Shown here: positions 29,581-38,185 of the stretch, piece after piece
Layout: the number at the start of each line of letters is the position of its first letter
Position numbering within the stretch: position 1 is the stretch's first letter
NCBI GenBank assembly: GCA_040326155.1
Contig: JBEQLE010000016.1
Coordinates: forward strand, 1-64,000
DNA: 64,000 nucleotides
Source of the DNA: Leptospirales bacterium
GTDB taxonomy: Bacteria; Spirochaetota; Leptospiria; Turneriellales; JAOUFE01
Direction: 5' to 3'
Position numbers and translations under genes: made by a program
The notes under the pieces: generated by a model
What the model saw: the letters and a program-made list of their open reading frames with translations, nothing else
Databases searched by the model: none
What the model was told of the DNA's origin: nothing

Positions 29581-29930
29581 GTGGGGAAAAACCACCCCCC
29601 TCGGTAATTCATCCAAATGGAGCGCCTCAAACAATATCGTATTGGGTGATGGAATAATTTTAATTATGGAATCAGGGAAAAGCCGAAGATACGCGCAGAG
29701 AACAAAACTCACTTTTACCTTTAAACGAAGGTCGAATGAAGCTACGACAATACCACGAAGCTGGTTTTTAAAAACCACGCTTTTTAAAAACAAATAACTT
29801 CAATCGATTATCGAACGAAGCGGTACAAAATAACCGGAGGATTATTTTGTACATTAACGTAACCGAAGGATTTTTTTGTGACCTAGGAAAAAACTCACTT
29901 TTACCTTTAAATAGCAATTAAACCTATTGG
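29581..29930 (+). repeat. Direct repeat copy 2, interrupted by a ~165-bp insert bounded by a 22-bp duplication
   Basis: 29581-29725 matches 1629-1771 and 29890-29930 matches 1751-1791. aaaactcacttttacctttaaa occurs at both 29704 and 29890. Confidence 0.92.
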
Positions 29931-30078
29931 CCAAAACCGAAGGATTATTTTGTGAAATAACACAAAAACTAACTAAAGTCTTAGCAAATTATGTCGATAT
30001 GAGACATAATAGAAGGTATAAAAGACTTGACAGTCACCTGATTATTTATTTTTTTAGGAATAAGGTTTATTTTTCGTC

Positions 30079-31089
30079 ATGGCAAAAGCAAATGATTACA
30101 GCGGCAAACAAAAAGCCGCAATTTTTTTATTGGCTGTAGGGCCCGAAGTTTCGTCTGAAATTATGAAGCGCCTTTCAGAGGCTGAAGTCGATACGATTAC
30201 GTATGAGATTGCCAGGCTTGAAAAGGTAAGCTCCGAAGATAAAGAGCAGATTTTACAAGAGTTCCAGGAACTCATGATGGCCCAGGAGTTTATTACCAGG
30301 GGTGGTCTCGATTCAGCTCGTAGTATTCTTGAAAAAGCTCTCGGAACTCAAAAAGCCATCGATATTTTAAACCGGCTGACGAGTTCTTTACAGGTTCGTC
30401 CGTTTGACTTTGTTCGTCGCCAGGACCCCGCTCACCTTTTAAACTTTATCCAAAATGAGCACCCCCAGACAATGGCTCTAATATTATCGTATCTCGACCC
30501 GAATAAATCGGCTCTAATTTTAGCCTCTTTGCCTCATCAGATTCAAGCCGATGTGGCCAGGCGTATTGCAAAAATGGATAGAACCTCTCCCGAGGTTTTG
30601 CGTGAAGTCGAGAGGGTTCTCGAACGAAAACTCTCCACACTCTCAAACGAAGATTATACTTCTGCTGGTGGTGTCGACGCTATCGTTGAAGTTCTTAACA
30701 ACGTTGACCGTGGTACTGAAAAAAGTATTATTGAAGCTCTCGAAGAAGAAGACCCCGAATTGGCTGAAGAGATCAAAAAGAAGATGTTTGTTTTTGAGGA
30801 CATCGTACTTCTCGATGACAAAGCAATTCAAAAAACCCTGCGTGAACTCGACAATCAAGATCTCGCCAAATCGCTTAAAGCGGTGGACACCGAAGTACAA
30901 GAGAAGATCTTCCGCAACATGTCCAAACGGGCTGCAGCACTGCTTCGCGAAGACATGGAATTTATGGGGCCCATCCGTTTAAGAGACGTGGAAGAGGCCC
31001 AGCAGAAAATTGTAAACATCATTCGTAAACTCGAAGAAGAGGGCGAAATTATCGTTGCCCGTGCCGGCGAAGACGAACTCGTTACTTGA
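30079..31089 (+). CDS. fliG: Flagellar motor switch protein FliG
   Basis: GKQKAAIFLL, EHPQT, GGVDAIVEVLN, MFVFEDI, NMSKRAA, MGPIRLRDVEEAQ. Confidence 0.98.
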   Translation: MAKANDYSGKQKAAIFLLAVGPEVSSEIMKRLSEAEVDTITYEIARLEKVSSEDKEQILQEFQELMMAQEFITRGGLDSARSILEKALGTQKAIDILNRLTSSLQVRPFDFVRRQDPAHLLNFIQNEHPQTMALILSYLDPNKSALILASLPHQIQADVARRIAKMDRTSPEVLREVERVLERKLSTLSNEDYTSAGGVDAIVEVLNNVDRGTEKSIIEALEEEDPELAEEIKKKMFVFEDIVLLDDKAIQKTLRELDNQDLAKSLKAVDTEVQEKIFRNMSKRAAALLREDMEFMGPIRLRDVEEAQQKIVNIIRKLEEEGEIIVARAGEDELVT

Positions 31090-31277
31090 TTTTTTGGGTC
31101 GTATGCCAGAAAACTCATGGAAGCCAGAAGTGAAAGGGAAAACGAAGGCATCGATCTGGAAACTCTCGAAGAAGAATTTGACTACGCTTTGGTAATTAAT
31201 CATTATGGGCAGACTCGCTGGCTTTAAATGATCTATTTTTTCTTGACATACCACCTTAATTAACATAGTTTAATTTT

Positions 31278-31856
31278 ATGGCCACAGCAACGCAAATTAA
31301 ACCCCGCTATGAGGGGGTGAAAGTAACCCGCGAAGAATACCTGGATCTCGAAGAAGATGGCTTTATATACGATATGATAGATGGAGTTTTAATTATGAGC
31401 CCAAGTCCATTTTTTGAACACAATGACACTTTAGCTGAAATTTTGTTTCTTTTTAAAGTATATCTAAAAAAAACCGGATCTGCCAAAGCGGTTCCTGAGA
31501 CCGATATTTATCTACCCGACGGGGCAGATGTCTTACGGCCCGATATTTCTGTCATCTTAAAAGAAAATTATGGAATCATAAAAGGGCACATTCATGGCGT
31601 TCCCGATATCGTTGTTGAAGTTTTATCCAAATCTACAAAAGAACGCGACCTGGGCGTTAAAGCTAACCGGTATTTGGAAAACGGCGTGAAAGAATACTGG
31701 ATTGCCGATACAGATAAAAAGTCCATTTCATTATGGCTAAACGAAAATAATGAGAATAAAAAGAACTGGAAAAAAATCGAAAGCAATCAAATTGAAAGTG
31801 TAATATTACCCGGATTCATACTCTATAAAGAAGAAGTATTCCCTAAAGAAAGTTGA
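31278..31856 (+). CDS. Uma2 family (PD-(D/E)XK) endonuclease
   Basis: DMIDGVLIMSPSP..EH, LRPDI, PDIVVEVLS.ST...D...K...Y...GVKEYW. Confidence 0.93.
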   Translation: MATATQIKPRYEGVKVTREEYLDLEEDGFIYDMIDGVLIMSPSPFFEHNDTLAEILFLFKVYLKKTGSAKAVPETDIYLPDGADVLRPDISVILKENYGIIKGHIHGVPDIVVEVLSKSTKERDLGVKANRYLENGVKEYWIADTDKKSISLWLNENNENKKNWKKIESNQIESVILPGFILYKEEVFPKES

Positions 31857-31890
31857 TTTTTGATCTGGGACCTTCGAAGGCGATACTGCA

Positions 31891-31940
31891 AAGGGGGAAA
31901 GTGAGGTTTTTCCACCTCGCGATTTTCATCTTTACCCTCG
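31891..31940 (+). repeat. ~50-bp dispersed intergenic repeat, copy 1 (copy 2 at 37896-37945)
   Basis: aagggggaaagtgRggttWttccacctcgcgaWtttcatctttMccctcg; imperfectly palindromic. Confidence 0.85.
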
Positions 31941-32209
31941 CTACATAATTTTTGAGGCGTCGAACGGTATTATCATCGAGCCAATAACCATAGTTGGGGC
32001 GCTGAAAATCTTCCCAAAAGCAGTTGCAGCATCCAATTTTACAAAAAAAACAATTGACCTCTAAGCTAATTTAATTTATTTAATTTTAAAAATTCTATTT
32101 TGCTTAATTTAATAAAAATATCAGCCGGTTAAGCAATTAGACATCAGTTTGAACGATCTTCTATTAACGGGTAACATTGCTGATATTAAATCTGAATTGG
32201 AGGTTCAAA

Positions 32210-33232
32210 ATGAAAAAAATATTATTGCTTGTAGTCTGCGTGATGACCTTATACGGTTGTTCTAAAGGTTACCCCACAGCAAATTATCTGGACAATACCG
32301 GCCGTGACGACATTCTCACGGGTGGCGTAAAAATGATCGAAATAGACACACCCAAAGGAAAATTCAAAGTGTGGACAAAACGGACCGGGAACAATCCGCG
32401 AATAAAAGTTCTTCTCTTACATGGTGGACCGGGCACAACCCATGAATACCTCGAAGCTTTCGACAGCTATTTTCCAGGTGAAAGTATTGAGTATTACTAC
32501 TATGACCAACTAGGCTCTTACTACAGTGACCAACCCGACGATGGAGACCTATGGGAATTACCCCGCTTTGTCGAAGAAGTAGAGCAAGTACGCCAGGCTC
32601 TTGGACTCAACAAGGAAAACTTTTACCTGTATGGTCATTCCTGGGGTGGTATTTTAGCTATAGAGTACGCGTTAAAATATCAAAAAAACCTGAAGGGCAT
32701 AATCATTTCCAACATGATGGCCAGCATGCCCGCTTATAACGAATACGCAAAAAACGTTTTGATGCCGACTATGGACCAAAAAGCCCTGTCCCAAATTAAA
32801 GCTCTTGAAGCAGCGGGAGATTTCGAAAATCCGGCCTACATGGGACTACTTATTGAACACCACTATGTTCATCATTTTCTACGTATGCCGCCCAATGAAT
32901 GGCCGGAAGCTTTTACACGTGTTTTTAAGCATATTAATCCTGCCGTTTACGTTCCCATGCAAGGGCCAAGTGAACTTGGTGCCAGCGGCAAACTTTTAAA
33001 TTGGGACCGTACAACCGACTTAGCCAAAATTACCGTGCCGACCCTCACCATTGGCGCCAGGCATGGCACTATGGACCCTGAACATATGAAGTGGATGGCT
33101 GGTGCCTTTCCAAAAGGTCGCTACCTGTATTGTCCGAATGGCAGCCACATGGCACTGTATGATGACCAAAAAATATACTTTGAAGGTCTTGTCAGTTTCA
33201 TCCAAGACGTTGATAACGACGACTTCGAATAA
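32210..33232 (+). CDS. Proline iminopeptidase-family alpha/beta hydrolase, probable lipoprotein
   Basis: LHGGPG, YDQLGS, GHSWGG nucleophile elbow, GSHM; signal ends LYGC; GGAGG before ATG 32210. Confidence 0.92.
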   Translation: MKKILLLVVCVMTLYGCSKGYPTANYLDNTGRDDILTGGVKMIEIDTPKGKFKVWTKRTGNNPRIKVLLLHGGPGTTHEYLEAFDSYFPGESIEYYYYDQLGSYYSDQPDDGDLWELPRFVEEVEQVRQALGLNKENFYLYGHSWGGILAIEYALKYQKNLKGIIISNMMASMPAYNEYAKNVLMPTMDQKALSQIKALEAAGDFENPAYMGLLIEHHYVHHFLRMPPNEWPEAFTRVFKHINPAVYVPMQGPSELGASGKLLNWDRTTDLAKITVPTLTIGARHGTMDPEHMKWMAGAFPKGRYLYCPNGSHMALYDDQKIYFEGLVSFIQDVDNDDFE

Positions 33233-33242
33233 GTAATCAAAA

Positions 33243-33287
33243 ACAGTAAAAACAGGATCTAATTTTCCCATTTCCTGTTTTTACTGT
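33243..33287 (+). terminator. Stem-loop after the peptidase gene
   Basis: 15-bp perfect inverted repeat acagtaaaaacagga / tcctgtttttactgt. Confidence 0.6.
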
Positions 33288-33429
33288 AACTCGGAAAATA
33301 CTTTATACATATAGTCACTTGGTATTTTTTGGAGGGGGAAATTTGGTTCTACACAATTACCTCACCAGGAAAATAGAGCACAGTGACAGGTTACTTCACA
33401 TATAAATACTTGAATATAAAAAAAATGTA

Positions 33430-33458
33430 TTGACGAAGTATGAGACACCATATATATT
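33430..33458 (+). promoter_or_regulatory. Sigma70-type promoter of the DUF4157 gene
   Basis: TTGACG-17 nt-TATATT, conserved in the duplicate at 36987-37015. Confidence 0.6.
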
Positions 33459-33465
33459 CACTATT

Positions 33466-34782
33466 ATGCAGAAAATGAATATAAAATTAAAGCCAAATTC
33501 TAGAGGTTCACAGACAAAAAATCCATCAATAGCAAGACTAAATACAAGCAAAATACCACCGAGTGCACAAAGAGAATATATAATGCACCTTCAAAGAACT
33601 ATCGGTAATCAAGCCGTTGGGCGACTATGGAAATCCGGTTGGCTGCAAGCCAAGCTTAATATCGGACCTGCAAACGATAAATACGAACAAGAGGCCGACC
33701 GTATCGCCGATCAGGTTGTATCTAAACCAGATACCGCCAGAGGCAATGTGACAAATTCCTCAAACAAAGAAATCTCCAGAACCCCACTGGCAGACTCCAT
33801 AACGCCACTGCAACGAGAAGCCACCCCAGAAGAAGAGCCAGAAGGCCAGGCGAAACTACAAAGAAAAGAAAACAGAGAAGACGCACCAAAAAATGTAGAA
33901 TCTTCGATCAACGCATCTAGAGGGGGTGGAAAACCGCTATCTGCTTCGGAACGCGATTTTTACGAACCGCGCTTTGGTGCCAGCTTCGCAGGGGTAAAAG
34001 TACACAACGACTCGAACGCTGCGCAATTATCACGATCTATCAACGCCCGCGCTTTTACCGTAGGCAACGACGTATATTTCGGAGCCAATGAATACTCACC
34101 CGATACCGCAAAAGGTAAAAGATTAATGGCGCATGAGCTGACGCATACGGTACAACAAGGTGGGAAGCAGGGTAAAAGTTCTTCGCAGGCGAAACTGCAA
34201 ATGCAAGAGTCCGAATTAGGAGTACAACGTATCGGCTTCACTGCTGGTGCTGGTCTCGTAATGGGGGCCATAAGCATTGGGCAAACAATAATGGGTCCAA
34301 CAACTGGGTCGCTTACATATCAATCTGATCAGATATCATACCCCAGTGGTTTAAAGGGTGTTAAAATAAAAAAAGCGATATCCACTGAAGTTGCTGTGTT
34401 TAGAAGCTTTGGAATGGTGACAGATAATGAAACTATATTTAAAGTTCATGGTAATTTTAGTAATAGCTACGAAAAAGCAAATGAGAAAAACCGGTATATG
34501 GCAAATGTTTATATGGATCTGGATAAGACAACAACGTACAGCCAGTCTGCACTGAGTTTTTCCGCTAAAGCTTTAACAACCCCCTATGGAACCCCGCAAG
34601 ACCCGAAAGTTCGGTTTGTATGCAGAGGGCGATTTGATCCGGCGGGTTCGGGAGATTGTATGTACCGAGCCGTGATTGAAATAGATCAATATGGAAATGC
34701 AAATTGCGTGGAATTCAAATTTACCAATGGTACAGGCAAAGTTTATAAATATGATAATACTGGTTTTGTTATTTATGTGTGA
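33466..34782 (+). CDS. DUF4157 (eCIS-core / metallopeptidase-like) protein with an unknown C-terminal putative toxin domain
   Basis: LQRTIGNQAV, LQAKLNIGPANDKYEQEADRIADQV, GKPL....RDFYEPRFGASF..VKVH, ARAFTVGNDVYFG, LMAHELTHTVQQ. Confidence 0.92.
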   Translation: MQKMNIKLKPNSRGSQTKNPSIARLNTSKIPPSAQREYIMHLQRTIGNQAVGRLWKSGWLQAKLNIGPANDKYEQEADRIADQVVSKPDTARGNVTNSSNKEISRTPLADSITPLQREATPEEEPEGQAKLQRKENREDAPKNVESSINASRGGGKPLSASERDFYEPRFGASFAGVKVHNDSNAAQLSRSINARAFTVGNDVYFGANEYSPDTAKGKRLMAHELTHTVQQGGKQGKSSSQAKLQMQESELGVQRIGFTAGAGLVMGAISIGQTIMGPTTGSLTYQSDQISYPSGLKGVKIKKAISTEVAVFRSFGMVTDNETIFKVHGNFSNSYEKANEKNRYMANVYMDLDKTTTYSQSALSFSAKALTTPYGTPQDPKVRFVCRGRFDPAGSGDCMYRAVIEIDQYGNANCVEFKFTNGTGKVYKYDNTGFVIYV

Positions 34783-34878
34783 TCACTTTTATTCAATTTT
34801 CCTGTTCGGGGAAAATATTTTACGAGGAAATAACTTAGAAGTTGACTAAAAGTTGCTTCTAGAAAGAGAAGGTGTTTT

Positions 34879-35961
34879 ATGAAAAGATATATCGTATTCG
34901 TTTTTATTCTATCTCTCAGCTTTGGTTTGTTTACCTCTTGTCGTACAAACCCAAAACTACTGGAGCTGCAAACATGGTTGAGTGAACATAGCGACGACGA
35001 ATACAATGCAAACAATTTCACGATAAAAGAGTTGAAAAACCTGTATGGTCTGTCGATATCGGGTCAAAAAAACATACAGTTACCCGAATCTATAGGAGAG
35101 TTGACAAAACTGGAAAAACTTTCATTGACCGATAATGACCTTGTAAGTCTGCCTGAGTCCATAAAAAAACTGCAAAATCTGGAAGACCTTATTCTGACTG
35201 GTAGCCAATTGAAGAGTCTACCCGAATATATTGGTGACTTGAAAAAGTTAGAAGAATTAAGCGTAAAAGAGAATCTCCTTATCACTCTACCCGAATCGAT
35301 TGGCAACTTAAAAAGTTTAACAAACCTTGATCTGACCATGAACCGAATTACGAATCTTCCAAATTCATTTGGGCAACTAGACAACTTGAAGCGCCTTCAC
35401 TTGAATTATAACCAACTCACCGACTTTCCAGAAGTCATTACTCAATTGCCAAATCTCGAGCACCTTTATCTGGACGATAACCAGATAGAGATTCTACCCG
35501 AGTCCATCGGGCAGCTATTAGGAATAAAGGGCCTTGGCTTCTGGAACAATAAAATCAAAAGTCTGCCTGAATCGATAGGTCAATTGACAAGCCTTGAATA
35601 CTTGTCAGTATCTGACAACGAACTCACCAGCTTGCCTGAATCAATAGGTCAATTGACAAACCTTGAATACTTGTCAGTATCAGGCAACCAACTCACCAGT
35701 TTGCCTGAATCTATAGGACAACTGTTAGAAATAAAGACCCTTGGCTTCTCGGACAATCAAATCACGAGTCTGCCTGAAACCATAGGTCAATTGACAAATT
35801 TGACAAAGTTAGGAGCAGCGAATAACCGGCTGACAAGTCTGCCAGATTCCATAGGTCAGCTGAATAATTTAGAGTACATTGACCTTCGGGGCAACAAGAT
35901 ACCCCAAAAAGAGAGAGATAAAATAAAAAAACTCTTGCCCAATTGTACCATACAGTATTAG
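34879..35961 (+). CDS. Leucine-rich repeat lipoprotein
   Basis: Signal ends LFTSC; about twelve 23-aa repeats LPESIGQL..LE.L....N.L. Confidence 0.95.
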   Translation: MKRYIVFVFILSLSFGLFTSCRTNPKLLELQTWLSEHSDDEYNANNFTIKELKNLYGLSISGQKNIQLPESIGELTKLEKLSLTDNDLVSLPESIKKLQNLEDLILTGSQLKSLPEYIGDLKKLEELSVKENLLITLPESIGNLKSLTNLDLTMNRITNLPNSFGQLDNLKRLHLNYNQLTDFPEVITQLPNLEHLYLDDNQIEILPESIGQLLGIKGLGFWNNKIKSLPESIGQLTSLEYLSVSDNELTSLPESIGQLTNLEYLSVSGNQLTSLPESIGQLLEIKTLGFSDNQITSLPETIGQLTNLTKLGAANNRLTSLPDSIGQLNNLEYIDLRGNKIPQKERDKIKKLLPNCTIQY

Positions 35962-36056
35962 CTTCTTTTTTATGTATAAAAAATATTTTTACTACCCGAC
36001 AGTAATTGCATTATCTATCCATAGCATAGAGAAACATTAGATTCAGAAGGTGTTTT

Positions 36057-36311
36057 ATGAAAAGATATATAGTATTCATTTTTACTCTATCTCTCAGCTT
36101 TGGTTTATTTACCTCTTGTCGTACAAACCCAAAGCTACTGGAGTTGCAAACATGGTTGAGTGAACATAGCGACGATGAATACAATAGAAACAATTTCACG
36201 ATAAAAGAGTTGAAAAACCTGGAAGTACTTGTATTGCGCGGGAACCCGATACCTGAAGAAGAGATTAAACGAATCAAAGGTTTACTACCAAAGTGTACGA
36301 TTGTTTGTTAA
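36057..36311 (+). CDS. Internally deleted paralog of the LRR lipoprotein (N-cap joined to C-cap)
   Basis: 36045-36221 is nearly identical to 34867-35043, then jumps to LRGNPIPEEEIKRIKGLLPKC. Confidence 0.85.
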   Translation: MKRYIVFIFTLSLSFGLFTSCRTNPKLLELQTWLSEHSDDEYNRNNFTIKELKNLEVLVLRGNPIPEEEIKRIKGLLPKCTIVC

Positions 36312-36468
36312 AATTTTATGCTTCATTGCAATTTATTTTCACCGTCACGCATGGTAATCCTTTCCCTCAAAAATGCCTGGTTCAACCTCTATGTTAAAAT
36401 GAGTTCAGGAAAAGGCGGAACAACAAGATACGGAGATATTAAACAGGGATGAAAACGAGACTGAAATT

Positions 36469-36831
36469 ATGAAGCAAAAAATGATTGAATCTGTGAGATT
36501 ATTAGCCGCAAACTATACTGATCAAATAAAAGTATTTCCACAAGAAGTCAACATACCCGATGAAATAGCGAACATATTTGATGAGTGTTACTCTTCTATC
36601 TCATTAAGCGATATTAGAGAGTGGTTAGATACTTCACAATTATCAATTTTAAAAGAGATGAATAGCCTCCTGGATCAGATGAGTGATCACTGTAAAGAGT
36701 GTTGGTCATTGGAGTCATTGGAAAGTGGCGATAAATGGAAGCAAGCCAGACGAATTGCTAAACGATGGTTGGAAAGTTTAAGCAGTGAACTAAAGCAACC
36801 CGATTTATTCTGGATTAATTACACCGTTTAA
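36469..36831 (+). CDS. Hypothetical acidic helical protein, possibly an orphan immunity protein
   Basis: 120-aa ORF; the immunity role is inferred only from size and context. Confidence 0.55.
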   Translation: MKQKMIESVRLLAANYTDQIKVFPQEVNIPDEIANIFDECYSSISLSDIREWLDTSQLSILKEMNSLLDQMSDHCKECWSLESLESGDKWKQARRIAKRWLESLSSELKQPDLFWINYTV

Positions 36832-36855
36832 TTCTAAAACTAGATCTATTGAAGA

Positions 36856-36935
36856 ACCGATGAGTACACTCACCAAATACCACAAAGGCCAAAAAAGTAA
36901 TGGCTTATGAACTGACTCATGCCGTACAGCAGGGT
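36856..36935 (+). pseudogene. DUF4157 core-motif remnant
   Basis: Encodes KGQKVMAYELTHAVQQG versus KGKRLMAHELTHTVQQG near 34110-34160; the DNA aligns with 34084-34162. Confidence 0.8.
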
Positions 36936-36974
36936 GTACCAAATAAAAGCCCTCGGTAAATAGATGCTTTACTA

Positions 36975-37115
36975 TAAAAAAATGTATTGACGAAGTACGA
37001 TATACCATATAGATTCACTGTTATGCAGAGAACTAATAGAAAATTAAAGACAAAAAACACATCAACAGCAAGACCAAATACAGGCAAAATACCACCAATT
37101 GTACAAAGACAATAA
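36975..37115 (+). pseudogene. Degenerate copy of the promoter and 5' end of the DUF4157 gene
   Basis: Aligns with ~33415-33580 (aaaaatgtattgacgaagta...atgcaga...aaattaaag...gcaagac.aaataca.gcaaaataccacc) and ends in a stop. Confidence 0.85.
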
Positions 37116-37123
37116 CCATTGGC

Positions 37124-37714
37124 ATGTTGATGTATAATAGATCAGGAGGTCGCCATTTTATACACATGTTGATTCTTACTTTTGTTATAATCAACACGTA
37201 TCATTGCCGCTTGAAAAATAGTTTTGCCAAAGGTCTCGATCAAATTATATATTTACCTCCTTCCTCTTTTCCGGAATTACCCTCTTCGATTCAACATCAT
37301 CTTGTGACCATGGGTTGTCAAATTCCCCAACCATATTATTATAATAAAACCGAAACCTTTAATGTAGTTCATGGAAACTTCACAGGTTCGCAGTAAAAAG
37401 AGTGGGCTTTACTGTGCTCTCGAAAACATAAAAGTTCTATGTATATTTTTTAAGATGGTTCTATTGCCAATAAAATTCACCTGGAACTTTTGGATGATAA
37501 AAGTGGTCTTCAGGTTATTGGAAAAAACCGGTCAGGTTACTCGATTCTACTTCAAACTATAGATAAAACTCAGCTAAATAAAAAATACTTGAAAAAGAAA
37601 GATAGCCCTGAACAATTTTCTCACGATGGTATTGTCCAGATGTTTCTCGGAAAAAGCTCGATGTTACATTATTACGACGAAGGTAAGTGGTTTGCAATAC
37701 AAATTTCAGACTGA
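37124..37714 (+). pseudogene. Hypothetical exported protein interrupted by two in-frame TAA codons
   Basis: ORFs 37124-37396 and 37490-37714 share a frame: NVVHGNFTGSQ*KEWALLCSRKHKSSMYIF*DGSIANKIHLELLDDKSGLQVIG. Confidence 0.75.
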
Positions 37715-37895
37715 TGTTTTCAACCGCTTCACGTTTTCCGCCACCCCCCGGAGTTAGTTACAGTAGTAGATGTTTTTTTAGAATCAGCGCCCGCTGATGC
37801 ACCGATTCCGAAAAAGCCGGCACTGGTCCCGACCTTAATCGTTTTTAGGGCCAATTGATTTTGATGAAAATTTCCCATTCTAAAGATACGAATTT

Positions 37896-37945
37896 AAGGG
37901 GGAAAGTGGGGTTATTCCACCTCGCGAATTTCATCTTTCCCCTCG
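37896..37945 (+). repeat. ~50-bp dispersed intergenic repeat, copy 2
   Basis: Matches 31891-31940 with about four mismatches. Confidence 0.85.
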
Positions 37946-38185
37946 TTCCGAATTTTTTGTAGTGGCGCAAGATTTTGCGCCACTGCAAAAAATTCTGCAC
38001 TACCCCATACGATATTTTTAGAGCGATCCAGGTTCGGTATAATGCTGTGGAAACCACGACTAACTGATTTGTTAATACTAGATTGTGGTTTTCCCTACCA
38101 GGAAGAATACCTTGTATTTTACAATATGGGAAATACTTGACGTTGCTATTGCCATAATGATAATGTAGGAAAAGAGAATTAAACA

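Noticed and set aside
1629..29930. Prophage or ICE interpretation of the repeat-bounded block
   Set aside because: No integrase, relaxase, T4SS, terminase, capsid or tail genes seen; DUF5131 and XRE alone are not enough.
29820..29960. Three ~20-bp repeats considered as a CRISPR array
   Set aside because: Irregular spacing, repeats too short and few, no cas genes.
30079..31089. fliG outside a flagellar gene cluster
   Set aside because: Dispersed or multiple fliG genes are ordinary in spirochaetes.
31090..31230. Acidic reading frame after fliG (ARKLMEARSERENEGIDLETLEEEFD), antitoxin-like
   Set aside because: Too short to assign; no partner toxin.
36350..36451. 33-codon ORF before the immunity-like gene, considered as a leftover toxin tip
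   Set aside because: Fits the context but has no recognisable motif.
37124..37714. Two in-frame TAA codons considered as stop-codon reassignment
   Set aside because: TAA ends many clearly identified genes in this window; pseudogenisation is simpler.
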